Part shown: positions 17,838 to 31,809 of the stretch, in pieces
How the letters are laid out: each line of letters opens with the position of its first letter
Position numbering within the stretch: position 1 is the first letter of the stretch
NCBI GenBank assembly: GCA_002269645.1
Contig: NIVC01003753.1
Coordinates: 1 to 64,000, forward strand
From: Macrostomum lignano
Taxonomy: Eukaryota
DNA: 64,000 nucleotides
Direction: 5' to 3'
Program-made: the position numbers and the translations under genes
The notes under the pieces: generated by a model
What the model saw: only the letters and a program-made list of their open reading frames with translations
Told to the model about the DNA's origin: nothing
Database searches by the model: none

Positions 17838-19874
17838 TCAGTTAGCCTTCTGCTTTCCAAACGGCATCGCGGCCCGAATCCGAGCATTGACCTCGTGATA
17901 GCGGTTCAACAGGTTGGCCAGGGCGGCGTCAACCTGAGCGTGCTGCATCGAGTACAGCTTAGGCAGGCTGAACAGTCCAATGAGTGCCAGGCCAATCAGG
18001 GTGGTGGCGTTCATCCAGGCTCCGATGTAGGTCAGGCCAATCAGACAGCAGAACAGTTTCAGAGTGCGGACCGGATCCCGGCACAGCATCAGGCACAGCA
18101 TGTAGTTGGCCGACTGCTCCAGGCTGGCTAGGCGGCGGTCCAGCCACTGGATGAGCTGCTGCCTGCGGTCATTGGGGCAGGCGCTCGGTTACTCTATGTT
18201 TAAAACCTCTCCTGATCCTTCACGATTTGTCACTCCCATCTCCCTGATCCTTCACCGATCTGTCACTCCCATCTCCCCTGATCCTTCACCGATCTGTCAC
18301 TCCCATCTCTCCTGATCCTTCACGATTTGTCACTCCCATCTCCCTGATCCTTCACCGATCTGTCACTCCCATCTCCCCTGATCCTTCACCGATCTGTCAC
18401 TCCCATCTCTCCTGATCCTTCACGATTTGTCACTCCCATCTCCCTGATCCTTCACCGATCTGTCACTCCCATCTCCCCTGATCCTTCACCGATCTGTCAC
18501 TCCCATCTCTCCTGATCCTTCATCGATCTGTCACTCCCATCCTCGTGATCCTTCACCGATCTGTCACTCCCATCTCCCTGATCCTTCACCGATCTGTCAC
18601 TCCCATCTCCCCTGATCCTTCACCGATCTGTCACTCCCATCTCTCCTGATCCTTCATCGATCTGTCACTCCCATCCTCCTGATCCTTCACCGATCTGTCA
18701 CTCCCATCTCCCCTGATCCTTCACCGATCTGTCACTCCCATCCTCCTGATCCTTCACCGATCTGTCACTCCCATCTCTCCTGATCCTTCACGATTTGTCA
18801 CTCCCATCTCCCTGATCCTTCACCGATCTGTCACTCCTACCACCCTGATCCTTCACCGATCTGTCACTCCCATCTCTCCTGATCCTTCATCGATCTGTCA
18901 CTCCCATCCTCCTGATCCTTCACCGATCTGTCACTCCCATCTCCCCTGATCCTTCACCGATCTGTCACTCCCATCCTCCTGATCCTTCACCGATCTGTCA
19001 CTCCCATCCTCCTGATCCTTCCCCGATCCGTCACTCCCATCCTCCTGATCCTTCACCGATCTGTCACTCCTACCACCCTGATCCTTCACCGATCTGTCAC
19101 TCCCATCTCCCCTGATCCTTCACCGATCTGTCACTCCCATCCTCCTGATCCTTCACCGATCTGTCACTCCCATCCTCCTGATCCTTCCCCGATCCGTCAC
19201 TCCCATCCCACCTGATCCTTCACCGATCTGTCACTCCTACCACCCTGATCCTTCACCGATCTGCACTCCCCATCCTCCCTGATCCCCTAGCGAGTCACTC
19301 CCATCACTCTGATCTCCTAGCGAGTCACTCCCATCCCCCTGATCCCCTAGCGAGTCAGCGGTCCGGGCCACAACCTGGGCAGTCGCACTGGCGCATGCAG
19401 CAGACAGCGAAGCGGCAGCGGCTCATCAAGCCCAGCAGCCTCGTCATCATTCTCTTCATTGTCAGTGCCGGCTCCGCCAGCCTCCCGCTGCTGCTGGCGC
19501 CTGCGCAGGCGAACAAATCTGTACAGACGAATAGCGCAGACGCACATTAGCGCGGCCAAGCCAACGTAGGCCAGCACGGAGATAAACGAACGGGTGGCGA
19601 CGGCCCACAGTAGGGCCAGCGACATGACCAGGACGGCGCCTGTCAGCCTGGGCTCCGTCCATAGCAGCAACGATTTCAGCCTTGGATGCGTCCGCTCGGC
19701 TAAGTAGCCGCAGTAGAGCAGCATGGCGGCCGGAGTAGAGCCGCAGGCTTGCTGCTTCTGCTGCAACAATTGCTTGCGCTGCTCCTGCAGCTCCCGATCG
19801 CTACCGTCTGACATGGCGGCTGAGTCGCCGGCGGCGTCAGTTGTTGAAACTATATCATCCGCTTCATTAGACAT
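17838..19874 (-). CDS. RTN: reticulon-family protein (2 exons, 274 aa)
   Basis: Exons 19874-19375 and 18162-17838 (phase 2, CAG|G acceptor). Reticulon domain: LKSLLLWTEPRLTG, first hydrophobic hairpin, loop, RDPVRTLK, LTYIGAWMNATTL...LFSLPKLY. The junction gives an ungapped 50-aa loop match to the vertebrate RHD as I recall it. Confidence 0.88.
18208..19350. repeat. 33-34-bp minisatellite (CTCCTGATCCTTCACCGATCTGTCACTCCCAT[C])n filling the reticulon intron
   Basis: About 34 tandem copies. Confidence 0.92.
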
Positions 19875-19997
19875 TGCTGATTAATAATAGCTATTTTGTT
19901 TCCTTAGGAAGAGGATTATTGTGGCTTAGCAAATTATATCTCACTCTATAGCAGAAATGGCAAATGAAATACTGTGTGAAATAGAAACATGCTAAAA

Positions 19998-20325
19998 TAG
20001 GGTAGTGGGCTCCCCAATAGGACAGTGAGCTCCCCAATGGGGTAGTGAGCTCCCCAATGGGGGTAGTGAGCTCCCCAATAGGGTAGTGAGCTCTCCAATA
20101 GGGTAGTGAGCTCTCCAATAGGACAGTGAGCTCCCCAATAGGACAGTGAGCTCCCCAATAGGACAGTGAGCTCCCCAATAGGACAGTGAGCTCTCCAATA
20201 GGGTAGTGAGCTCTCCAATAGGACAGTGAGCTCTCCAATAGGGTAGTGAGCTCCCCAATAGGGCAGTGAGCTCCCCAATAGGGCAGTGAGCTCCCCAATA
20301 GGACGGTGAGCTCCGCTTTAGGACA
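19998..20325. repeat. 20-bp minisatellite (GGRYAGTGAGCTCYCCAATA)n
   Basis: Tandem copies upstream of the reticulon ATG. Confidence 0.9.
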
Positions 20326-21763
20326 GTGAGATCTTCTACACTCCAACAGTTTAATCTGCGCTAATCGCATTACTAAACACCCAATCCCTATCAGCCAGAG
20401 AAACAGGGTCAAATAAGGTAAGGAAATCAGTCACACTAATCTCAAAGAAGCAGTATACTCTCGCTAGACATGTCAACGCGATGTGTACTATTGTATATTT
20501 GGGAAAATAATGTGTCGGGGGGAAAATAATTTGCAAACAAAAGCCGAAAAATAAAATTATCATTAAAATACCGCAACCAATAGTGGACGTCTGTCCATTA
20601 TTATAAAATAATAATTAAACATACTTGCATACCGCACACCAGCAAAAACTATATAAATAGTATAGATTTATTAGAAAAGTATTGCACAATAGACAAATAA
20701 TATTAAAGATGAGTTCGGTCCATAGGCACAGCACAGCACTATTCAAATGTACAATCATATAGCGCAATCAGAAAGACAACAGTCCAGCGTTGTGGTTAAT
20801 GGAAGGGAATTTATGATTGTTGCAAGATCTAAGCAACTAGACTAGTCTTTCTTCATTTACAAAATCAACTAATCGAAATAGTAAATTGAAGAGATGTACT
20901 CGTAATAAAAATTAACACTCACAAAATACTCGTTAAATTTAGATACAGTTCATTAATCGGATGCTGAACGTATAGGAAGACAGTATGAGCGCAATTGAAA
21001 ATCAACGCAGTTCACTCATTCGTTACACGCGCTAGAATGGAGCCATAATTTCTAACTATTTTCAGTCTGTTTAGATTTTCTAAGAAACGTAATAAGCCTT
21101 GTAAATCTCAAACTGGATATTGATTGCTGCCTAGCTTTTGTCTACGGCCAGGAAACAAAAATACCAAAAAAGATCTGTCTGCATGCAAAGCACGAATTGC
21201 AAGGTTTGGTCATAGACATCAAGCATCAACACTTTCGAGAATTGAAGGTTTGGCCATAGACATCAAGCATCAACACTTTCGAGAATTGCAAGGTTCGGCC
21301 ATAGACATCAAGCATCAAAACTATCCAGAATTTAAAGGCTCGCCCATAGACAACAAACATCAACAGGGCGCACTTTTGAGACGGTGCAATATAATAAGTA
21401 GTGCGAGCGTAATAACTGTGAATGGAAGAACTGGTATTGGCGCACGAGTTCAAAAAAATAGTTATACATAAACATAACAGAAAAATGAGACTAGAGTGGC
21501 ACTGATTGCACACTACTGCAGCGATACTTTTTGACTATCATCTTTAAACGCCAATAATGAAATATTGATAGATCTGGCAAAAGGCCAATGGATTAGATAT
21601 ATAATATATAATAAATGATACATAATAAACGCAAACGCGAAATCACAAAGCACGCGACAAAGATGGGAATGGTTAGCATTGGAAAACTGCAAACAATAAA
21701 CAACAGGCGCAGCACAAAAATACACTGCCTGCAAGCAACTAAAAATTAGGTCTATGTATCGCA

Positions 21764-22070
21764 CTGAGGATCTGGGAGGCTGGCCCAGCAACTGAGGATC
21801 TGGGATGCTGGCCCAGCAACTGAGGATCTGGGAGGCTGGCCCAGCAACTGAGGATCTGGGAGGCTGGCCCAGCAACTGAGCATCTGGGAGGCTGGTCCAG
21901 CAACTGAGCATCTGGGAGGCTGGCCCGGCAACTGAGCATCTGGAAGGCTGGCCCAGCAACTAAGGATCTGGGAGGCTGGCCCGGCAACTGAGCATCTGGG
22001 ATGCTGGCCCAGCAACTGAGGATCTGGGAGGCTGGCCCAGCAACAGGGCATTTGGGATTTATGACTGAGG
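21764..22070. repeat. 28-bp minisatellite (CTGAGGATCTGGGAGGCTGGCCCAGCAA)n
   Basis: About 10 tandem copies downstream of the Raf stop. Confidence 0.9.
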
Positions 22071-22338
22071 ATCTGATTTATTTCAGTTGCGGGTTGGAGG
22101 TGGCTCATTGTAAGGTCTTGGTAGATTGGTATCGGCTATAAATAATAACTGAAAAATGTACCAAGAAAAAAGAAAACCAAGACTGGTTGCCTGATGAAAC
22201 TGTCAGCGAAAGAAAATGTACGCGGAACTTCACAGCTGATTAGTAAGTGTCGCTATAATGCTATCATGCACGAGTAGACGCGACTACAATACGACTATAC
22301 GATAGAAACGAGCGCTACTAAGCCAGAAATTATTGGAT

Positions 22339-22846
22339 TTAAGCGCCTGGCAGCTCTAAATGACAGAACGGATTGCTTCGATTCATAGTCGGCTCGCTGT
22401 TGGACCGGTGCACCTTGGGGGCATTCTCCAGGATGCCCAGGATCTGCGGATTGGCCAGCACCCCGGGGATGAGAGGGGAAGAAATTCCAATAATTAGTTA
22501 TAATCAGATTTCAGCCAGACTGCGGCGCCATGAGCTGGCACTGAGCGAGCGCGAGGAGTGAGGAAAAAAACAAGAAGTTACGATTGATAAAATCAGAGGA
22601 ATCCAGAGAGCAATAGAACCGAGAGATGGGCTGAACGTGTAATAAAAAGAGACGGAGAAAGTTGGGAACAGAAGAAAGACAGTTTCTATCTGTCCGACTG
22701 TCACTATAAGATGACAGAGATGGACGGACTGGAGAGCAGATAGAGAGAGACAAACAGAAAGACAAAGAGGCAGACAGACAGACAGACAGACATACAGACA
22801 GATAGATAGACAGACAGAGACAGACAGACAGACACTAAGACCGACC

Positions 22847-22890
<44 letters not shown>

Positions 22891-25800
22891 CTAAGACCGA
22901 CCGACAGACAGACAGACAGACATACAGACAGATAGATAGACAGACAGAGACAGACAGACAGACACTAAGACCGACCGACAGACAGACAGGCAGGCAGGCA
23001 GACAGAATCCAGCGGGCTTACAATCCTGAACAGCGGCCGCAGCGCTCTATCAAACTGCACGCACTTGGCCAGCAGCTCGGGCAGCGGAGCCGGCGTATCC
23101 TTGCGCAGCCGGCCAGGGTCGGGCCGAAGCGCGCCCCGGCCAACGTTAAATAATATCAGGTCTTTATTATTGCACAGGCCGCTGTAGGGCAGCTGGCCGC
23201 TGCACAGTTCGTATAGCACAACGCCGTAGGCGTAGACGTCAGATTTAACAGAATAGGGCTCGTCGTCTTCCATTCGGATCACTTCGGGAGCCTGGCGGAT
23301 TTCAATGAAAATTTGAGTTTTTAGTTCCTATTTCTACTGTTATTTTATTATCTACAAAGTGTGGATATCGTTGTTATAATGTTCCGATAATTTTTCCGGG
23401 TTTGCACTTTATTACAAGCTTACAATCCAAAAAGTTTTTTTTGACATTTGACTAAAAACTCACTCCCCCCTACTGTCACGTTATACAAGTACGAGTATTT
23501 TTATTCACCATCCACAGAATGGAGCCGCTTGGCTGCCGACACTGCCGTGAGCCGCTCCAAGGCGTTTTCACTGTTGCCAGGCCAAAGTCGCCAATCTTCA
23601 CTGCGCTCTCGTGCAGTAGAATGTCTGATTTCGAGTGGGGCGAAGGAGTGATTTAGGCGAAATAAATTGCTTTCAAATATCAATCTTCGGATTTGATGGC
23701 CTCAAATTGACCCCTGGGTTGAGGGCACGGAATTTTAGGACCTCAGATGAGCAAATTACGAGGGGTGATCAAAAAGTTCTGCAACCTTTTGTTGTAGCTT
23801 TTAGTTATAGAATCGGCAAAAGCCAAAAACTTACACATACGTGGCTATATCTGTTTGCTACATTTATATGCATTTTTGGCTTCCAAATGTGCCCCAGTCA
23901 AATTTCACAGCCAGATATTTTCCATGTGTTTTCAGTAGCTGATGGAAACATCAAAAGACAGTGTTCGCTTCTATATCTTTATGCGCATGCAACTTGGTTG
24001 CAAAGTGACTGAGATTCATACCGATCTGGTGAATGTTTTAGCTGACTCTGCTCCATCATTTGACATGGTTGCCCGCTGGCTGCGCCATTTCTTGGAAGGC
24101 TGGGACAGCTTCAACGATGAACCGAGGTCTGGCTGACCCCGGACATCCGTGACCGAAGATGTCGTGGCCCATGCCGATGCAATAATCCGTGAGGATTGGA
24201 GCATTATGCTGAGATTCCTTGCCTATGAGCTTGGTGTCAGCTATAGAAGTGCTCATAACATCATGCATGAGCAACTAGGCCGCACAAAGACCTGCGCTCG
24301 GTGGGTACCCATCTTCTCACTCCGGAGCAGCAAGCAGAGAGGGTGCACATCTGTCGCTTGTGGGTGCAAATTTTTTAGCCCCACGGCCCACGACGACTGT
24401 CGGATGTCATCACAGGAGACGAATGTTGGATCTGCTTCTCTACCATAAAGGATAAGCAGTCCAACATGGTCTGGCTGGCAGAAGATGAGCCTAGGCCTGA
24501 GGTGCTGAAGACCGGATTCCGCAGTCGGCAGCGGATGTTCACCATTTTTTTCAACTCTCAGGGTGTTGTATCGGTAAAAATCCTTCCAGCGGGTGCCACA
24601 GTGACTGCCAGGTACTACACAGACACTGTTCTGCCAGGCGTGCTGCAGGAGCAGCAGAAACGTGCGCGAACCAGGCATGGACCTCAACTCCTGCTGCACC
24701 ATGACAATGCGGCACCGCACAGAGCGGCCTCAACCTTGGTGTACCTGGAGCAGCAGGGGGTCCGGATGCTGCCCCATCCACCCTACTCTTCAGATCTAGC
24801 ACCGTGCGACTTTTGGCTGTTCCCGAGGATCAAATCCGTCATTTCTGGGAGGCTGTTTTCACGCATGCAAGACCTTGCCCAAGCGGTACATTCAGATCTA
24901 CAGGGTATACCAACTTCGGAGTACCATGACTGCTTTCAGACATGGTGCATACGCATTGCGATGGTGCATAGATAGTGGTGGAAAGTACTTTGAGGGAATG
25001 TGACACTGATTAGACGCCGTGGCTGCTGTAACACTGAGTTGTGAGGTCACTTGCAGAACTTTTTGATCACCCCTCGTATTTTAATTATAGACCATACTAT
25101 TGACAGTAGTGAACTCAGCCTAAAAGATATTGATGAGACGGTATTTTTTAAATTTGCGGTGACCTCAGATTACCCCGACTGAAGAAAAGGATATCAAGGA
25201 TTAGGTGAACCCAGTTTAAGGACACGAATATCCAGTGACCTTAGATAAACCCCGATTGAGGACACGGGTATCAAGGATCCAGTGACCTTAGGTGAAGCTA
25301 GTTTAAGGACACGGGTTCAAGGATCCAGTGACCTTAGGTGAACCCAGTTGAAGGACACGGGTATTAGGGATCCAGTGACCTTAGATAAACCCCGATTGAC
25401 GACACGGGTATTAAGGAGCCGGTGACCTTTAGAAAGACTTACTGCTAGACTTCAGATCTCGGTGTATAATCCGCTTAGCATGCAGATAGTCCATGCCCTG
25501 TGCGGTCTGCCTGGCAATGTCGAGCAGGTCGTCAGGCTTGAAAGCGGCATCGAGCACGTGCAGATGCCTATACAACGAGGAGCCGTCGCACCATTGTGTG
25601 ATAATAGCCAGCTTAGGCTTGCTAACACAGCCAAGGAAGAGCAGCACATTCTCGTGTCGAGTCTTTCTCAGCACGGCTACTTCATTCTTAAACGCCTGAG
25701 TTTGCATAGCGCTCTGATCGACTACGTTGAGCTCTTTAATAGCCACAGGGCCGTGCCAGTAGCCTTTGTACACGGTGCCAAATGATCCTGAGCCGATGCA

Positions 25801-28800
25801 CTCGTAGCGTACAATTGCGTCGTGCGGAATCTCCCAACCGTCGCGCGACTCCCGACGACGTCTGGCGCCGTTAGAAGCGCCGCCGGCTCCACTGCCAGAC
25901 GTCGATGCTAGAGAAGTTGACGATGGCCGGTCGCGATGCAGGCCAAATTGTTGGTACTGAAACGAGCCGGAAGGAACGTGAGGCAACAGATAGGCCACTC
26001 TTTGCGACTGCTGATGCTGGTAAATCTGCTGCTGCTGCTGCTGCAACTGTAGCTGCAGTTGTTGTTGTTGTTGTTGCTGCTGTTGTTGCTGTTGCTTCAG
26101 GGTTGTTGCGATTGCCTAGGAAAGGTGGATGAAGCATAGCGAGACATAACAGTAAGAATTTGTTACTAACCACCACAGGCCTTTTCTGCTAAATTCGTAA
26201 ATTTTATAGCCTAAAGTTACAGCAAATTTTATGCACAGAGTCGCTTTTACAAGCTCGAAACTTCTCAAGCTCGAATCTTCTCAAGCTCAAGTCTTCTCAA
26301 GCTCGAATCTTCGTAAGCTCAAATCTTCTCAAGCTCGAAACTTCTCAAGCTCGAAATTTTACAAGCTGGAAACCTCTCAAGCTCAAATCTTCTCTAGCTA
26401 GAAACTTCTCAAGCTCGAAACTTCTCAAGCTCGAAATTTTACAAGCTCGAAACTTCTCAAGCTCGAAACTTCTCAAGCTCGAAACTTCTTAAGCTCGAAA
26501 CTTCTCAAGCTCGAAACTTCTCAAGCTCGAAATTTTACAAGCTCGAAACTTCTTAAGCTCGAAATTTTACAAGCTCGAAACTTCTTAAGCTCGAAATTTT
26601 ACAAGCTCGAAATTTCTCAAGCTCGAAACTTCTTAAGCTCGAAATTTTACAAGCTCGAAACTTCTCAAGCTCCAAACTCCAAAAGCTCGGAACCTCACTG
26701 TGATGACCTCAGTTAGTTAAAATTATTATTTTGGTTATTTCGTCGTTCGCCTGCGCGTAACCTTTTCTTTGCTCACCAAGCTCAAGCCTTCTCGCTCTGT
26801 GCATAACACGTACGCGATGGAACGTCCCCCCCGCAATCTGTGTGCAATTGCACGTTGCTCAAAATCAAATATATAAACGCTGAGTAAGAGAATTATAATA
26901 TAACAAGTCGACTGTTCTGCCAACCAAATCTGAGTCTTTACACTCACAAGCACGAAACTTGTTAAACTTCTTAAGGGACTCGTAGAAAACTTCTCAGCAA
27001 GCAAGCATACTGTTCGCCCATTCGATTCACAAGTTTTGTCCAACTAAATGTTTTCAAGTTAAAATCTACCAATCTACCAATTTTCATAAACACATGTTTA
27101 CAGTTTTTTTCTAATCTTTTAGAATCTTTTCTACAGACAATATCTACATATAAAAATAGGATTTCCCTAGAACAAAAGAGACAGGGACGACAGGGACAGG
27201 CAAAAAGCCAGCCGGAGGATCTGCCCCCGCCCTCCAGGCACTTCGGTTCTTAAAACTTCTCATTCCTCCACCCCCCCCCCTCCTGCTAAGCCCAAGGGTT
27301 TGGGGGCGGGAGAAGTGCATTTTATTTAAGTATACAAAAGTGACGAATCCAGGGTCCACACCTAGCTGTCTTCTTAGCTTCACCCTGTCTGCACCGGGCG
27401 CCTGTCTGCGTCGTTTTTTTCCCTAATCTTAGCTGAACACAAATCGGCGACGGATTGAGCATGGCAAGAAATCAATAGCTGTTATAATCATAAAAAAATG
27501 ATCAGATTAAGCCGAATAGTATGGTTCCTACTTGTTCCTACCGTGTTAACAACTGTGTTTCAATTAAACAGTGGGTCTAAATTGATCAAATCTACAGTAA
27601 ATCTGTTTTTAAGTGCAACAAGGAAAGCTTTTTCGCTGTATAAAAGATGGGTATAGTGATAGTTTAGGCCCTATTGGCTCCTGGTTTTGCAGGGTCAGTC
27701 AGGGACAAGCTGTGCATGCGGCAGTTTTGCAGGGTCAGTCAGGGACAAGCTGTGCATGCGGCAGTTTTGCAGGGTCAGTCAGGGACAAGCTGTGCCTGCG
27801 GCAGTTTTGCAGGGTCAGTCAGGGTCAAGCTGTGCATGCGGCAGTTTTGCAGGGTCAGTCAGGGTCAAGCTGTGCATGCGGCAGTTTTGCAGGGTCAGTC
27901 AGGGACAAGCTGTGCATGCGGCAGTTTTGCAGGGTCAGTCAGGGACAAGCTGTGCATGCGGCAGTTTTGCAGGGTCAGTCAGAGCTAAGCTGTGCATGCG
28001 GCAGTTTTGCAGGGTCAGTCAGAGCTAAGCTGTGCATGCGGCAGTTTTGCAGGGTCAGTCAGGGACAAGCTGTGCATGCGGCGGTTTTGCAGGGTCAGTC
28101 AGGGACAAGCTGTGCATGCGGCATTTTTGCAGGGTCAGTCAGAGCTAAGCTGTGCATGCGGCAGTTTTGCAGGGTCAGTCAGGGACAAGCTGTGCATGCG
28201 GCAGTTTTACAGGGTCAGTCAGGGACAAGCTGTGCATGCGGCAGTTTTGCAGGGTCAGTCAGGGACAAGCTGTGCATGCGGCAGTTTTGCAGGGTCAGTC
28301 AGGGACAAGCTGTGCATGCGGCAGTTTTGCAGGGTCAGTCAGGGACAAGCTGTGCATGCGGCAGTTTTGCAGGGTCAGTCAGAGCTAAGCTGTGCATGCG
28401 GCAGTTTTGCAGGGTCAGTCAGAGCTAAGCTGTGCATGCGGCGGTTTTGCAGGGTCAGTCAGGGACAAGCTGTGCATGCGGCGGTTTTGCAGGGTCAGTC
28501 AGGGACAAGCTGTGCATGCGGCAGTTTTGCAGGGTCAGTCAGGGACAAGCTGTGCATGCGGCAGTTTTGCAGGGTCAGTCAGGGACAAGCTGTGCATGCG
28601 GCAGTTTTGCAGGGTCAGTCAGGGACAAGCTGTGCATGCGGCAGTTTTGCAGGGTCAGTCAGGGACAAGCTGTGCATGCGGCAGTTTTGCAGGGTCAGTC
28701 AGGGACAAGCTGTGCATGCGGCAGTTTTGCAGGGTCAGTCAGGGTCAAGCTGTGCATGAGGCAGTTTTGCAGGGTCAGTCAGGGACAAGCTGTGCATGCG

Positions 28801-31788
28801 GCACTTTGCAGGGTCAGTCAGGGACAAGCTGTGCATGCGGCAGTTTTGCAGGGTCAGTCAGGGCTAAGCTGTGCATGAGGCAGTTTGACTTTCTTTCAGC
28901 TGACTGTTACTTTGAGGGTGTAGCAATAGCCATTTAAGAGCCTAGACCATCCTATACAAAACTGGCAGCCCTTGTACATCATAGTATTCATAATTAATTG
29001 CATTGGTAACAAGTAGTGCAAATTCACTCAACCCAACTGCACCAGCATTACACCAGTAAACAAATGTTAACACGTGGCAAAAGTGTTCCAAAACAAATTT
29101 ATCTTCATATAGCCAATAAAAACACCCTGCCAATCAAATACGAAACACCTTGGGAAGTCGGAAAAAACCATATAAAACGATTAATAACAACAGTTGTAAC
29201 AATTCTTACCAGGCGTAGTCCAGGGTTCATCTTGAAAAAATTATAGATAATGCAATCTATATATAGTACATCGACTTCGACTTCGGCACAAAGGGGAGAG
29301 AATGGGAGACTGGGATATCTTAATTAAGCGTCAGGGTCCGAACTAAGGATGCCAGATTGCAGCCCCAGGGTGACAGCTGGTATCAATTAAAAAGTTCTAA
29401 AATCAAATAAAATACCAACATCTCTAAGGACTCTACCCTACCCTTAACACTTCTGAGCCTCTCTGACCCGCAGAAGTTGCGCAAGTCTTTAATTATTGCA
29501 CAATAGAAATAGAAAACTCACGTCTCTAAAGTCGGCCTCCTCAGGCGACATAAATTGGCGCACATTCGGCGTACTGATGCACCGATTCAAATCCTTGGCA
29601 GACGGAGCCGACAGCATCGGCGGCGCGGGCTGATAGTCGCCCAACGGCGAGGAGGCGTCGCTGCAGCCGATGCTGCCGCTGCTGCCGCCCATGCCTCCGC
29701 CGCCGCCGCCACCAGTCTGGTAGCGCGACAAACTCGACGGCGGCAACTGGGGCCGAGAGCCTTTGGGCTTCCGGCGGAAGCTCAGCTTGCGAATGCGAGG
29801 CAGGGATCTAAGAGCGCGGCGGGAGGGCGGCGGGAAATGTTGGGTCGTGAAAAAAGATCGTTTTTAGTTTGTGTTGTCGAATTTTTCCCAATATTTTCCT
29901 TGCTAGTCTTAGTGGAGCTTTATCCACACGCCTTTTCTAATCGGTTTTCCCTACTGGTTCATCCCTACTGGTTTATCCCTACCGGTTCATTCCCTACCGG
30001 TTTATCCCTACCGGTTCATCCCCTACCGGTTCATCCCTACCGGTTCATCCCCATACAGGTTCATCCCCATACAGGTTCATCCCCTACCGGTTTATCCCTA
30101 CCGGTTCATCCCCTACAGGTTCATCCCCTACAGGTTCATCCCCGGTTCATCCCTACCGGTTCATCCCTACCGGTTTATCCCCTACAGGTTCATCCCCTAC
30201 CGGTTCATCCCCTACCGGTTCATCCCTACCGGTTCATCCCTACCGGTTCATCCCCTACCGGTTCATCCCCTACCGGTTCATCTCTACCGGTTCATCTCTA
30301 CCGGTTCATCCCGACTGGTTTATCTCTACCAGCTTTCCCCAGCGATTTTCCCCGGCAACCATCAGCAAACTGAGCCACTCACAATCCGTCCAGCTTCGAC
30401 CAGGAAAACTCTCGCCTAGGCGGCGCCGTCGCCGACATTAACTCTGGCGCCGCGGCGGACGCCGAGCAAACGGCGCCTACGTCGCAGCAGCGCTGATGAA
30501 ACCGGGCCTGACAAGTCAAACAGTGATAGCCGCGAATCAAGAGCCTTGAGCACTTGGAACAATACACAATAGTGAAGAATGTCTTGTGCTGCAGGTTGTG
30601 CGTCGAGCGAAGCCTACACGGCGCGGACGAGTTGCTGACGGTGGTCTCGACTAGGAGCTCGCAGCCTAGCTTAGCCAGCTCGGCAGCGTCGGCGTCCCAG
30701 CTGATTGGCGGACCGCGCGGCTCCGTCAACGCGTAGACGGTGCAGTCGGCCACGCGTAGGCTCCGGGTAGTGAGCTTCCGTTCCAGCAGGTCGCGCAGGC
30801 TGGCGCCAGGCCGGACTGTCACGGTGGTGCGCTGGTTGCGGGGCAGCCGGGCTCGGAGCATCAGCTCACCGGCTGCTGGCAACGACGACGACGACGGCGA
30901 AGAGATCGGCGACGGGTTAGCTGAAGCTGGGCGTTGCTCCGTCATGACCCGCTGCCGTTGAAGGTAATCAGCTTGGCCGTCGCCGCAATCGACAACTTCC
31001 TGTTTAAACAAATGACAGTTTGGAAATGGCAGGGCTATGGTTATCGAAGCCTTTCAGTGGGCTATAGTGGAGTGCGAAGTTTGAGGATGTGAAGGTTGGG
31101 GATGTGAATTTCGGGGATGTAAAGTTTAGGGATACACATTTTGGGGGTGTGAAGCTTGGGGATATGAAGGTTTGGGATATGAAGGTTTGGGATATGGGTC
31201 TTAGGGTGGGAAGTTTGGGATGTGAAGCTTGGGGATATGAAGGTTTGGGATATGAAGGTTTGGGATATGGGTCTTAGGGTGGGAAGTTTGGGATGTGAAG
31301 CTTGGGGATATGAAGGTTTGGGATATGGGTCTTAGGGTGGGAAGTTTGGGATGTGAAGTTTGGGGATGTGAAGTTTGGGGGTGTGAATTTTGGGGATGTG
31401 AAGTTTGGGATGTGAATTATGGGAATGTGAAGTTTGGGGATGTGAAGTTTGGGCTGTGAATATAAAGTTTGGGAGATTAATATAAATTTTGTGGATTTGA
31501 ACTTTGGGGGGTGTAAAGCTTGGTGATATGAAATTTAAGAGATGTGAAACGCCGCCTTTTGACCAATAGAGTCTCCACTTGGATCCAATGTAGCATTCAT
31601 ATTCTTACAAGAGATAAAGACAGATTAATGCTTCAGAGCTGCATTCAGTATGCAAATATTTAGCATAGCTAGATAAAATTCCAAGTAAGTGCTAATAATT
31701 TACATACCTCAGCATACACGTCTGGCACTTTTGAATCATCTGCTTTGAATATTAGCACCAAGCTGCTGCCATTGCTAGGGTAGGTCAT
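22339..31788 (-). CDS. RAF: Raf serine/threonine kinase (7 exons, about 715 aa)
   Basis: Exons 31788-31708 (first exon less certain), 30999-30383, 29807-29522, 26115-25443, 23624-23509, 23291-23022, 22443-22339; GT-AG, phases consistent. RBD ([17 protein letters not shown]), C1 (HNLQHKTFF...CSKC...CLTC...HQRC), CR2 [26 protein letters not shown]|[16 protein letters not shown]|APE, C-terminal RSNSEP. Confidence 0.92.
22770..23005. repeat. (GACA)n compound microsatellite in the last Raf intron
   Basis: Direct reading; contains an internal duplication. Confidence 0.9.
23759..25076 (+). mobile_element. Tc1/mariner element (1318 bp) in a Raf intron, antisense to Raf
   Basis: 26-bp TIRs CGAGGGGTGATCAAAAAGTTCTGCAA with TA target duplication on both sides; transposase remnants inside. 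Confidence 0.95.
23942..25003 (+). pseudogene. mariner (DD34D) transposase pseudogene
   Basis: Fragments with [25 protein letters not shown] and [13 protein letters not shown] (34 residues between the last two D); an in-frame TGA at 24134 and frameshifts. Confidence 0.9.
25200..25428. repeat. ~47-bp tandem repeat in Raf intron
   Basis: About 5 copies of GTGAACCCAGTTTAAGGACACGGGTATCAAGGATCCAGTGACCTTAG-like unit. Confidence 0.8.
26245..26690. repeat. 16-bp minisatellite (CAAGCTCGAAACTTCT)n in Raf intron
   Basis: Tandem copies. Confidence 0.9.
27685..28885. repeat. 40-bp minisatellite (GCAGGGTCAGTCAGGGACAAGCTGTGCATGCGGCAGTTTT)n in Raf intron
   Basis: About 30 highly homogeneous copies; source of ORFs 27613..28937. 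Confidence 0.95.
29955..30325. repeat. 15-bp minisatellite (CCTACCGGTTCATCC)n in Raf intron
   Basis: Tandem copies. Confidence 0.9.
31085..31460. repeat. ~15-bp minisatellite (GGGATGTGAAGTTTG)n in Raf intron 1
   Basis: Tandem degenerate copies. Confidence 0.85.
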
Positions 31789-31809
31789 GTAGAGCAAGGT
31801 AATCGACCC

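Noticed and set aside
18163-18197. TAG acceptor at 18194 for reticulon exon 2
   Set aside because: Leads to stop codons; the CAG acceptor at 18163 restores the frame and the domain length.
22504-22560. SWRRSLAEI* as the last Raf exon
   Set aside because: Phase mismatch; exon 22443-22339 supplies the conserved KVHRSNSEP tail.
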